This document shows positions 46,301 through 53,880 of a DNA stretch of 64,000 bases, piece after piece. The notes under the pieces were generated by a model. That model was not told the DNA's origin, did not search any database, and was given only the letters and a program-made list of their open reading frames with translations. The DNA comes from a virus (taxonomy: Duplodnaviria > Caudoviricetes), in the IMG/VR virus record IMGVR_UViG_3300020577_011595, positions 18,496 to 82,495 of that record; one strand, 5' to 3'. A program made the position numbers and the translations under genes. Position 1 is the first letter of the stretch. The number at the start of each line of letters is the position of its first letter.

Positions 46301-48821
46301 CGGGCGCGGGCGTGCGGAGACCCATCGCGTCGAGCGCGGGGCGCAGCTCTGCCGGGATCGACGAGCCGCCCATCAGCGGCTTCCCGTCGCGGCTGATGTA
46401 CGTGATCAGGTTGCCCACGGCCTTCGCGCGTCCCTCGCGGATCATCCGCACCGTCTGGAGGTCGCTGTGCAGGCTCTCCATGATGGAGTCGTACCGATCC
46501 CAGGGCTCGCGCTCCTCCGGCGTCATCTTGCGGCCCGAGTTGCGCTCGATGTGCGAACGCAGCCTCGCGATGTTGTCGCGTCCGTCGAGCACTGCCCGGG
46601 AGTCGCGGACGTTGTCGATCGCCGCGCTCGCGGCCTCGAGAGCAGAGAGCGCCTCGTGCTTGATCTCGGTGCTGTAGTCCCCGTGCTGGACGAGCAGCTT
46701 CGCGTCCGCGATGCGCGCCTTGTGCTGGTCGATGAACGTCTGCGCGAACTCGATCTGCTTCGGCGTGCCCGACCACGGCTTGCCCGTGGGAGCGGGCTCG
46801 GGCGCCGCGGGCGCGGCCGCTTCCTTCGCTGCCTCGGCGGTCTTCTTGTCGTGCTCCTCGAACTCGCTGAAGACGTCCCGCTCCTTCGCGAGCGAGCCCT
46901 GATGCCACTGCCTGTGCTTCAGGCGCGCGTCGGCGACCGCCTTCGCGTGCTTCGGCCAGAGCATCCCGGGGTCGAAGACCTGCCGCCCGTGCTCGGTCGT
47001 GGCGACCGAGCCGTCCTGGCCGACCGCGAGGTACTGGTTGCCGGGGAGGTAGACGCGGACGCCCTTGCCCTCCTTCGTCCAGACCTTCGCGCGCTCGACG
47101 CCGTGCTCACGAATGAGCGCAGCGAGCTTCTCGGCGTGCTCCAGCGCGCGGGCCTTCGTGCCCGCGGGACTCTTGAAACCGCCCTGCGGCTCACCCTGCG
47201 GGGCCGGCGTGTCGACGCCCGTGCTCGCCGCCACGTGGGACACGCCCGTGACCTCGAGCCCGTGCTCGGCGGGCTCGGGGCGCGCGCTGGTTGCTGCGGG
47301 GATTGCAGGCTTCGCGGCTTCGTGCTGCGCGGCGGCCGCCCGCAGCGGGGCCATCACGTTCTCCTCGAGCCACTGCCGCGCCTTGCCCGGCCCGATGCCC
47401 TCGAGCAGCGGGGGCATGCGCGCGAGCATGCCCTGGACGAGGTGCCCGTCGGCGCGCGCGAGCGCGTCGTCGGCTGCCCTCTTCGCCATCTCCGCCCACA
47501 CGGGGATGATCGCGGGCTCGACGTGGTGGTGCTCGTGTACCGGCTCCGACGGGCGAGAGGGCGGTGCAGGGGCCGCCTTCGGAGGCGCAGGTGCCGCCGG
47601 CTCGCCGAAGTCGAACCCGAGCTGGCCTCGCCGCTTCTCGGCGGCCTCCGCACCGCCCACGTGCTTCTCGCGGAGCCACGACTGGTATTCGTGCTCGTGA
47701 TAGAAGTAGCGCCAGGGGTTCTTGGGGTTTCCCGTCGGGATCCGCTTGAAATACTTGCCGCCGCGGGCGACGCCCTTCTCCAGGTTCTTCGCCTTCTCGT
47801 CCTCCCGCGCCCACCCCCAACGCTTGCCCGCGGGGCCCTCGTGGTCGTGGTGCAGATGGGCGTCCGCGTCCTTCACGTCCGCCCCGAAGGTGTGGGAGAA
47901 ACCGCGCGCAGCGTGGGTGACACCGCGGGCTCCTGCGTTCGTCGCGTCATGCCCTCCGCCGGTCGTGCCGAGGTGATGCAGCATCGCCTCGGCCTGGACG
48001 CGAGAGAACGTCGAGTGCGCCGACATCCCGCTGGGCTTGTGCGTGACGTGGTACTGCATCCCGCCGTAGCCCTTCTCGCGGTGCAGCGCGTAGTCCCCGA
48101 GCTGGATGCCCTCCCGCGTCTCCTTACCGTCGCGCGTCGCGATCTCGAAGGAGCCCTTCTTCGTCGGGACCTTGATCCGTTCCGCGCCCTCCCCGTGAGA
48201 CTCGGCGTAGCTGTAGATCCACCCCCCGCGCCCGTCAGGACGCCGGCTCAGGTACTTCCCGCCTCGTGCTTCTGCCTTCTCGAGGGGCACCACGAGGGTC
48301 ATGGACTTCGTCACGTTGCGTGCTCCCTGGAACCGGACCGTCGGGGTCTTCCCGTAGTCCGTCTGGTTGTTGCGCTTCCAGTATGCCGTGGCGCGTCGGG
48401 TGACCTCGTCGCGCGTGTCGGCCGGGACGTGGCGCATCGCGTCCCTCATGGTGCCCACGAGCCTCCCGCGGGCATGGATCAGGCGGGGCGTCTGGGTCTT
48501 CTGCGAGAAGCTGACGGGGCTGTCCTGCACGAGGCGCTGCACGCGCTGCTCGTCGGCAGGCTCGAGGCCCAGCCCGCGCGTCACGTCGTCGATGTCAACG
48601 ACGTGCGGCGTCGGCCGGGCGCGGGGGTCCTCGCCCTCGGCGTCCGTGCGCATCATCCGAGTCACCTCGGCCTGCATCGCGCCCGCTTCGCCGAGCCCGG
48701 ACGCCGCCAGCGCCCGGAGCTTGTGGCTCCCGTAGTGCGGGAAGCTTGCCGCGCCCGGGAGGTGTGCCTGGGACCGGGACGGCTCCTGGGCCTTCTCCAG
48801 AGGGTCGCGCTCGCGCTTCAT
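43335..48821 (-). CDS. Large polyvalent protein (1828 aa) with C-terminal zincin metallopeptidase and LPD1-like domain
   Basis: YGMRGVQWG...ER, LAMAIGARGKG..AHYEP, SGAGALAHEWGH, and YWRSTCEVFARTFERYV match LPD1/MPTase polyvalent modules. Confidence 0.85.
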   Translation of the reverse strand: MKRERDPLEKAQEPSRSQAHLPGAASFPHYGSHKLRALAASGLGEAGAMQAEVTRMMRTDAEGEDPRARPTPHVVDIDDVTRGLGLEPADEQRVQRLVQDSPVSFSQKTQTPRLIHARGRLVGTMRDAMRHVPADTRDEVTRRATAYWKRNNQTDYGKTPTVRFQGARNVTKSMTLVVPLEKAEARGGKYLSRRPDGRGGWIYSYAESHGEGAERIKVPTKKGSFEIATRDGKETREGIQLGDYALHREKGYGGMQYHVTHKPSGMSAHSTFSRVQAEAMLHHLGTTGGGHDATNAGARGVTHAARGFSHTFGADVKDADAHLHHDHEGPAGKRWGWAREDEKAKNLEKGVARGGKYFKRIPTGNPKNPWRYFYHEHEYQSWLREKHVGGAEAAEKRRGQLGFDFGEPAAPAPPKAAPAPPSRPSEPVHEHHHVEPAIIPVWAEMAKRAADDALARADGHLVQGMLARMPPLLEGIGPGKARQWLEENVMAPLRAAAAQHEAAKPAIPAATSARPEPAEHGLEVTGVSHVAASTGVDTPAPQGEPQGGFKSPAGTKARALEHAEKLAALIREHGVERAKVWTKEGKGVRVYLPGNQYLAVGQDGSVATTEHGRQVFDPGMLWPKHAKAVADARLKHRQWHQGSLAKERDVFSEFEEHDKKTAEAAKEAAAPAAPEPAPTGKPWSGTPKQIEFAQTFIDQHKARIADAKLLVQHGDYSTEIKHEALSALEAASAAIDNVRDSRAVLDGRDNIARLRSHIERNSGRKMTPEEREPWDRYDSIMESLHSDLQTVRMIREGRAKAVGNLITYISRDGKPLMGGSSIPAELRPALDAMGLRTPAPEKGPTPAIPVEPKVVTPKRAHEKLVDSDEPVRVKPRLDQRRLDEAINPSKPKVTPAGTLSMEKVNALPVGSLVVAKDGTAAWRKAKDGKMGWEKQKPSAQSPDGWERMPDSQPFSAFSSIVRTVNDGGGVLLSAEPKKPTTSPTVSGEELLAQATDAMARKDMKRANELAERVLHLLAHGAGDGPVADEESLRRAWHKLNPGSTKADLAESMDRARGVKPADPAPKPEPAKPRVTEIEFGKPPPGGWTDKDKVPEDQQLATRARTDDIRERLRVEAEKAKADRDRVKAQTPMMRFTKGQTVTVNGMKFRAEIDDTEVSGGKYGRRVYLAPIEGRSRNLRELIIRADGTAELWTTGAKRTIEPVRSIEGAGKRETPWAPPAEAPAKPPERLVIPVAPRAPEGTPRGDAEATAKKAKEAEEFVNDRSSAVEQRGEDVGGSARHKALVWKNARDASASADADRLFTRDFLERQEPVEFVSVAQKITAEGNGPQTLKVLLGHLMLRKFPQRPTIPRHRTGEEGAWSAPTKYDGVKLLARSAPSGEAVTAEEHLRKQREAYYAAWSEARGLLSKFVESKDHADNPLGAVRAFLSDVAVLHQRVSEEYGPTSAATEAIRDFHNAIAGRGSLSPLAQANDFARRLNAKYPTAEERNAAMANHVMRMLEGKSMNEAFGAKQSKAEDEWDLSKVYNTSKMVRKGPPSEYRSVKQGLDLLDKSKGGKYGMRGVQWGKSVTDGEREHHLKSVVDSFADLTDVLGLPAGMASFNGRLAMAIGARGKGTASAHYEPTARVINLTRDSGAGALAHEWGHMFDNLIYEAAGEATQRTYAGRKEARFVSEDVLVRDTKADDDPTFRAMRALMTSDAMGAFRERLAAETRQYVRDKRMSAGKADYWRSTCEVFARTFERYVQRKLHAKGRENTYLTGIAMAGSAVSKLWPSDAEVDAMTPHFDAIFAAFGKSELLHKALRNLLSRPLVDPRYQHLVGNRLTIPRA

Positions 48822-48951
48822 CGCTCCGCCTTTCGGGATAGTGCCGCGCGGCCCCCACCCTACCGCTCGACGTGCCTCTCGGGCTCCCTCCGAGAAGCGC
48901 CCGACCGCCTACCAGGGACGAGCTGGCAGGCGGCCACACCGGGCCTTGGGC

Positions 48952-49371
48952 TCAGCTCGACCCGCCCGTCGCGCGGAAGCCGATGCACTCGACGATCACG
49001 ACCTCGGCGTCCGGCGCGAGCTGCGTCGGGACGCCGATCGTGTAGGAGGTCGCGCTGACCTCCGTGATCGTCGGCGGGTTCGCGTTCGTCGCGACCGCCG
49101 TGGTCGTCGAGACGTGACGCGCGGTCCCGCCGTCGGGGAAGTAGCTGTCGTTCGTGCGCGGGGTCGCGCCCGCGGCGTTGACCACGCGGATGATGCCCGG
49201 CTTGAAGGGGCAGCCCGTGAGGGTGCCGCCCGCGCCGCCCGCGCCCGTGACGACGCCCATGAAGTGCTCCGTCATGTGCTTGCAGAGCGTGCGGGCGACG
49301 GCGTGGTTGTCCGGCAGGACGGGCTTGTCCGTGGGGGCGGGGATGACGTTGTCCTGGTAGCTGACGCGCAT
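48952..49371 (-). CDS. Putative virion (head decoration-like) protein
   Basis: Start ATG 49371 with GGAGGA. Thr/Gly-rich; contains GCPFKPGIIRVVN. Confidence 0.55.
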   Translation of the reverse strand: MRVSYQDNVIPAPTDKPVLPDNHAVARTLCKHMTEHFMGVVTGAGGAGGTLTGCPFKPGIIRVVNAAGATPRTNDSYFPDGGTARHVSTTTAVATNANPPTITEVSATSYTIGVPTQLAPDAEVVIVECIGFRATGGSS

Positions 49372-49449
49372 GGGGGGTTCCTCCGTGGTGGGCCGGCCAC
49401 GGCCCGTGGTTGCGGGGGTCATGCTGCCCGGAGCGGCCTCGCCCCGCAA

Positions 49450-51105
49450 CTACAAGAGGGAGCCCTCGTCGTCCTCGTCGTCGCCCAGCATGACGTCCTC
49501 CCAGCTCTCGCCGTCCTCCCCTCCACCCTCCAGCTCGGCGTCGGCCGCCCCGTCGGCGGAGTCGTCGCCGATGGCGAACGAGAAGCCGCCCGCCTTGCGG
49601 GCTTCGCTCGCGAGCCACCAGCCCATCACGGTGTCGTCGTGCTCTCCCGCGCCCTGGAGCTTCCCGTCGAGGAAGCCGAACGAGACGCACTCGCCGATCC
49701 AGACGTCGGTGACCTGCCGAGAGATCGCGTCGCCGCGCGGGATCGTGAGCTTGCCGTTCTCGAGGAGGATGCGGAGCCCGGGGATGCCCTTGTCGAGGGG
49801 GTACTTGTTCTGCGCGAGGGTCAGGAACTCCTTGACCGGGACGTCGGTGGTCCGCTTCATCTCGTCGGACCACACGCGCTGCGCCTGGTTGGACTCGATG
49901 AAGACGAGCGAGCACTCGTAGTACCGTGCCCACAGCTCGATCTCTTCGAGCTGGCGCTTGAAGGGCAGGCCCTTGCTCCGCCGGATGTCGACGATGAAGT
50001 GCTGCCCGTGGTCGTCAACGGCGATCACGAAGATCACGAAGTAGTCGGCGCCGACGTTCGCCGAGATCGCGATGTCGACGCCCATGTAGGTCGACCAGCC
50101 GCGAGCGCGGATGGCCTCGGGGGTCGGGCGGATCGATAGCGTGCGGTCGTACAGCGGCGGGAAGAGGTGCGAGGGGAAGATCGAGAGGTCGTCCGAGATC
50201 GGCTGGCAGAGGATCTCGCGCGTGAACGCGACCGAGCCGATCTCCCGCTTCTTCTTGCGGAGCGCGTCGAGGGACCAGCGCCATGGGAAGAGCGCCGCGT
50301 CGTTCCCCGTGTCCGGGTCCTTGATGATCCCCGGGTACTTGCGGAACGCGTAGATCGGGTTCTTGCGAAGGAAGCCCCACAGGTCGGCCTGGTGGAACGG
50401 CGTCCCCACCGCAACGATCTGCCCCTGCGGATGCACCATGTTCGCGATGGCGCTGTTGAAGTATTCGATGTGCTTGCGGCGGACGGTCTCCGAGAAGAGG
50501 TCCTCGTCGTTGAGCACGTCGTCGCAGACGATGTAGTGCGGGTGCCGCCCACGCATCTTCTTGCCGTAGCCGACGGCTCGGATGCGGGACCCGTTCGTGA
50601 GGCGGACGTCCTGGCGGTTCAGGCGCACCTTCGGGTCGCGCCGAAAGTCGTCCTCGGACGGCACGAGGTGCTTGAGGTGCGGGATGTCGACGAGCCCGCG
50701 GAGGTTGTTCCGCCCGTAGACGATGATGTCGAGGAACTCCATCGCCGACTCGAGGGTCGCGCTGAAGATGTAGACCTCGCACCCGGGGTGCATCCACGCG
50801 CGCCAGATCGGGTAGGCGTACGAGAAGAACGTCGACTTGCTGTGATCGCGCGCTGCGTTGATCGCGAGCCTCGGATGCTTCGCGACCAGCTCGCCCCATT
50901 GGTAGATGTGGGGGCCGATCTCGATGCCCAGGATCTCGCGAGCGAAGAACGTCAGCGAGCTGCGCAGCATCTCTCGGTAGAGGCGCTGCCAGTGCGGATC
51001 TCGCCCTGCGCTGTCCAGCGCGAGCTGGACGTGATTGCTCCGGTACTCCGCTTGGGGAGCCCGGCTGCCACGGGGGAGCGCCGCGGCCTGCCCGGCCATC
51101 ACCAC
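49450..51105 (-). CDS. terL: Terminase large subunit
   Basis: Walker A variant INAARDHSKST, MRGRHPHYIVCDD Walker B, VGTPFHQADLW coupling motif, and RNase H-like YMGVDIA...DYFV and HDDTV. Exact start uncertain. Confidence 0.93.
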   Translation of the reverse strand: MVMAGQAAALPRGSRAPQAEYRSNHVQLALDSAGRDPHWQRLYREMLRSSLTFFAREILGIEIGPHIYQWGELVAKHPRLAINAARDHSKSTFFSYAYPIWRAWMHPGCEVYIFSATLESAMEFLDIIVYGRNNLRGLVDIPHLKHLVPSEDDFRRDPKVRLNRQDVRLTNGSRIRAVGYGKKMRGRHPHYIVCDDVLNDEDLFSETVRRKHIEYFNSAIANMVHPQGQIVAVGTPFHQADLWGFLRKNPIYAFRKYPGIIKDPDTGNDAALFPWRWSLDALRKKKREIGSVAFTREILCQPISDDLSIFPSHLFPPLYDRTLSIRPTPEAIRARGWSTYMGVDIAISANVGADYFVIFVIAVDDHGQHFIVDIRRSKGLPFKRQLEEIELWARYYECSLVFIESNQAQRVWSDEMKRTTDVPVKEFLTLAQNKYPLDKGIPGLRILLENGKLTIPRGDAISRQVTDVWIGECVSFGFLDGKLQGAGEHDDTVMGWWLASEARKAGGFSFAIGDDSADGAADAELEGGGEDGESWEDVMLGDDEDDEGSLL

Positions 51106-51118
51106 GGATCAGAGAGGC

Positions 51119-51553
51119 TCAGACCGAGTCGGAGCCGGCCTGCACCGAGAACTGGCCCGCCGCGCCGCCCTGCCGGACGCTCGCCTTGCGGCCCGCCGCC
51201 TGCACCGTCTGGTTGAGGCGGGTCACCAGGAGGTTGATCGCCACCTTGTTCGCGTTCGCGAGCGTGATCAGCTCGTTCACGCGCGTGCGGAGGGTCGCCA
51301 TCTCGCCCGCGGCTGGCGGGTCGGTGAACGCGCCCAGCGCCGCGCCCGCGCTCGCGGCGGACACGAGCGGGTCGGTCAGGGTCGCGCCGACGGTCGTGGC
51401 GGCCGGCGGATCGACGACGAGGTCGCACGTCCCGTCCGCGTTCACGCGGGTGATCAGGCCCGGCCAGGGACCGGCGCCGAGCGCGGTGACCTCGGCGGCC
51501 GTGGGGGTGTAGGCGACCTCGCGGCCGCGGCGCAGACGAGAACGATCGGGCAT
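51119..51553 (-). CDS. Head-fibre-like small structural protein
   Basis: Start ATG 51553 (GGAGG). TLRTRVNELITLANANKVAINLLVTRL is a trimeric coiled-coil pattern of head fibres. Confidence 0.5.
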   Translation of the reverse strand: MPDRSRLRRGREVAYTPTAAEVTALGAGPWPGLITRVNADGTCDLVVDPPAATTVGATLTDPLVSAASAGAALGAFTDPPAAGEMATLRTRVNELITLANANKVAINLLVTRLNQTVQAAGRKASVRQGGAAGQFSVQAGSDSV

Positions 51554-51608
51554 GGGATCCTCCAGGGGGTGCCCGGAGAGCATACCCAGATCCGGCCGTC
51601 GTGCAGCA

Positions 51609-51794
51609 TCAGCGGTCGTCGAGGGTCAGATCGAACGCTTGGCCGGGCTCGGGCCGCTTCGCGAAGGCGACGCCCTTGGGGAGCGCGCGCCGCAGCTCGG
51701 AGGCCTGGCGGTCCGAGGTCACGAGGATCAGCACGGACTGCCCGCGCTCGACGGCGTCGCGGGCGCGGAGAACGATCTGCGGGGTGACGCTCAT
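51609..51794 (-). CDS. Hypothetical protein (61 aa)
   Basis: MSVTPQIVLRARDAVERGQSVLILV; last gene of the early cluster. Confidence 0.5.
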   Translation of the reverse strand: MSVTPQIVLRARDAVERGQSVLILVTSDRQASELRRALPKGVAFAKRPEPGQAFDLTLDDR

Positions 51795-51813
51795 CGGGCG
51801 AGCCGTAGCACGT

Positions 51814-52743
51814 TCACCGGACCAGGAGGGCCTTGATCCGCTCGAGGAGCTGGCGCGCCGTGCGCTCTTCGATCTTCCGCACGGCCGTGAGCACGGCCTC
51901 CCGCAGCGCGGGCGCCAGCGCGTTGAGCGAGTCGAGGGTCGGTAGGTCCTCGGGCCCGTCGGTGTCGTCGTACATGCCGCGGACACCCTCGACGAGCGCG
52001 AGGGTGATCTCGCGCGCGGCCCGGGCTTCCCCGTGGCGCTCCGTCTCGACGAGAAGCGCGGCGAGCTGGTTCTCGCCGTTGAGGGCCGCGATGTAGGCCG
52101 CCCCCAGCTCATGCTCGGCCCGAAGCGAGGTCAGCTCGCGGAGCACCGCGTCGACGTCGGCCTGCACCGCCTCGGGTGCGTTGGCGAGCCGAAGGCGGAT
52201 CGCGTGCTCGGTCTCGAGGTCCAGGCGCGCGCCCAGCTTCGGCAGGGCGGGCACGGCGTGGTCGAGGCCCTTCCGGGCGGCCCGTTCCTCGCCCGAGAGC
52301 AGCGCCTCGATGGCGAGCCGCACCGTGCTGGGACCCTCGTCGCCGAGCAGGTCGAGGCGCCAGAGCACGGCCCGGAAGAGCCGGCGCGCGGTGAGGACCT
52401 CGTCGGTGACCCCGCGGGCCCGGGCGTGCGCCTCGGCCACCGCCATGCGCAGCCGCTCGGCCTGCTCCGCCATCGCCTGTTGCTCGCGCCGCTCGACCTC
52501 GTGGCGCCGGGAGGCCTCCACGAGCTTCTGCCGGGCGTCCCGCAGCTCGGCGAGCACCTGCTCGTGGTGCTCCCACGAGACGCCGGGCGTGGGGACGGCG
52601 GGCGCCTCGGTTGAGAGGGCCGCCTCGGGTGCCGTGACCGGGACGCCGCCGCTGCCCCCGCACCGTTGGCAGATCGCCCAGCCCTGGCCGGTGGCAACCG
52701 AGCCCGTCCCCTTGCACTCGCCGCACTGCGTTCGTTCCGTCAT
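51814..52743 (-). CDS. Hypothetical protein with N-terminal DnaJ-type Zn finger and coiled coil
   Basis: CGECKGTG...CQRCGGSG (CxxCxGxG twice). ATGA overlap with the upstream gene. Confidence 0.7.
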   Translation of the reverse strand: MTERTQCGECKGTGSVATGQGWAICQRCGGSGGVPVTAPEAALSTEAPAVPTPGVSWEHHEQVLAELRDARQKLVEASRRHEVERREQQAMAEQAERLRMAVAEAHARARGVTDEVLTARRLFRAVLWRLDLLGDEGPSTVRLAIEALLSGEERAARKGLDHAVPALPKLGARLDLETEHAIRLRLANAPEAVQADVDAVLRELTSLRAEHELGAAYIAALNGENQLAALLVETERHGEARAAREITLALVEGVRGMYDDTDGPEDLPTLDSLNALAPALREAVLTAVRKIEERTARQLLERIKALLVR

Positions 52744-53195
52744 CGCCGCTGTCCTCCCTTGCGCCACGCAGCGGGACCGCTGCGTGCGTTGTAGCGGGTC
52801 ACGATCTCCGACATCGGCGCCTCCGGCAACGGGCCCACGATCAGGAAGGTGTGGAAGCGGCCGCGCGAACCCTCGGGGCGGTAGGACACGCGCAAGGCGG
52901 GCTCCGGTTTGCCCTCCGGCAACATCGGCACGACCATGTCCGGGCTCGTGCGGATCTCCCAGTTCGGAGCCTCGCGTTCCGCGCGTCTGCGATCGGCCTC
53001 TTCGGATCGCACGGCCGCGAGGTGATCGAGGATGCCGTGCGCGTGTTCGACGGAGATCCCCGAGAGGTGCAGGTTGACCGCCGTCTTTCGAGAGATCACG
53101 AGCGAGCGCACGTGAGGCTCTTCGTCGGCGCGCGCGAACAGCGCCACCACGCGTGGACTCTTCATCTCGGCTGCGAACCGATCCTTCGGGATCAT
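52740..53195 (-). CDS. Hypothetical protein (151 aa)
   Basis: ATGA overlaps at both ends. Start MIPKDRF with GGGGAGG upstream. Confidence 0.65.
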   Translation of the reverse strand: MIPKDRFAAEMKSPRVVALFARADEEPHVRSLVISRKTAVNLHLSGISVEHAHGILDHLAAVRSEEADRRRAEREAPNWEIRTSPDMVVPMLPEGKPEPALRVSYRPEGSRGRFHTFLIVGPLPEAPMSEIVTRYNARSGPAAWRKGGQRR

Positions 53196-53569
53196 CGCGA
53201 AGCCCTCCCCGCAGGCACGACCACGAGCGCGCGGAGCTTGCGGATCTCGGCCTCGATGCGCTCGTCGGCGGCCGCGAGCCGACGCATCTCTGAGGGCATC
53301 GTGACCTCGAGCTGTCCGTCCTCCTTCGATCGGCGGACCGAGTGCTTCACCCTGCGCGGGGCCTCGGACGTGCGCACGCCTCCCCGCGTCCTCGCGTTCG
53401 CGGGCGTCGTGAGGGCCTCCTCCATCGTCCACGCGCCCTCACGAACGGCGTTGAACCGCGAGTAGAGCGTGTTCTTGGACAGCCCCGTCTCCGCGGCCCA
53501 CCCGAGCACAGTCAGGCGCTTGCCCCCGTACTCGAACAGCTCTCCCGATCCGACCTTCGGTCCCGGCAT
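53192..53569 (-). CDS. HTH DNA-binding protein
   Basis: FEYGGKRLTVLGWAAETGLSKNTLYSRF...WTMEEALTTP resembles the HTH appended to phage HNH proteins. GGAGGT upstream of the start. Confidence 0.65.
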   Translation of the reverse strand: MPGPKVGSGELFEYGGKRLTVLGWAAETGLSKNTLYSRFNAVREGAWTMEEALTTPANARTRGGVRTSEAPRRVKHSVRRSKEDGQLEVTMPSEMRRLAAADERIEAEIRKLRALVVVPAGRASR

Positions 53570-53601
53570 CCCTACCTCCGTTGCGTTCTTAGCGGATAGC
53601 C

Positions 53602-53880
53602 CTACTCCAGGTCGACCGAGGCCTCGGTGCTGCACACGCACACGTACTCCTCCGGTGCGCCAGCCGGAAACCGGATCTCGATGCCGATCAGCCACGCATC
53701 AAGATCCGCGCAGCGGGCCTCACAGAAGGACCGTGCGGGCACGTCCTCCGACGGCGGGGGAGCGGACGAGATCGCGTCGCGGACCATGCTCACGACGACG
53801 GCGAGGACCGCCACGCAGAGCACCAGGAACGCGAGCCACGTCGCCTGCTCGATGGCGCTCGCCTGCTCGTGGCCGCTCAC
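53602..53880 (-). CDS. Small membrane protein with Cys-containing C-terminus
   Basis: Transmembrane segment WLAFLVLCVAVLAVVVSMV, then CEARC...YVCVC. Confidence 0.6.
   Translation of the reverse strand: MSGHEQASAIEQATWLAFLVLCVAVLAVVVSMVRDAISSAPPPSEDVPARSFCEARCADLDAWLIGIEIRFPAGAPEEYVCVCSTEASVDLE

Noticed and set aside
38290-48870. Shared GCGGTAG(A/G)GT as a late-promoter -10 upstream of 38270 and 48821
   Set aside because: Only two instances of a GC-rich string, one inside a hairpin; not distinguishable from chance without a computed scan.
156-49058. Very long plus-strand ORFs (e.g. 156..3002, 10138..13272, 18253..21618, 38197..41343, 43371..49058)
   Set aside because: Antisense shadows of minus-strand genes. 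High GC3 removes stop codons; the products are R/A/G/V/D-biased, have no motifs and fully overlap well-supported genes.
50820-50870. Non-canonical terminase Walker A (ARDHSKS)
   Set aside because: R-x-H-x-K-S variants with a DD Walker B are a known terminase subtype, and all other motifs are intact. No intron or intein was seen.
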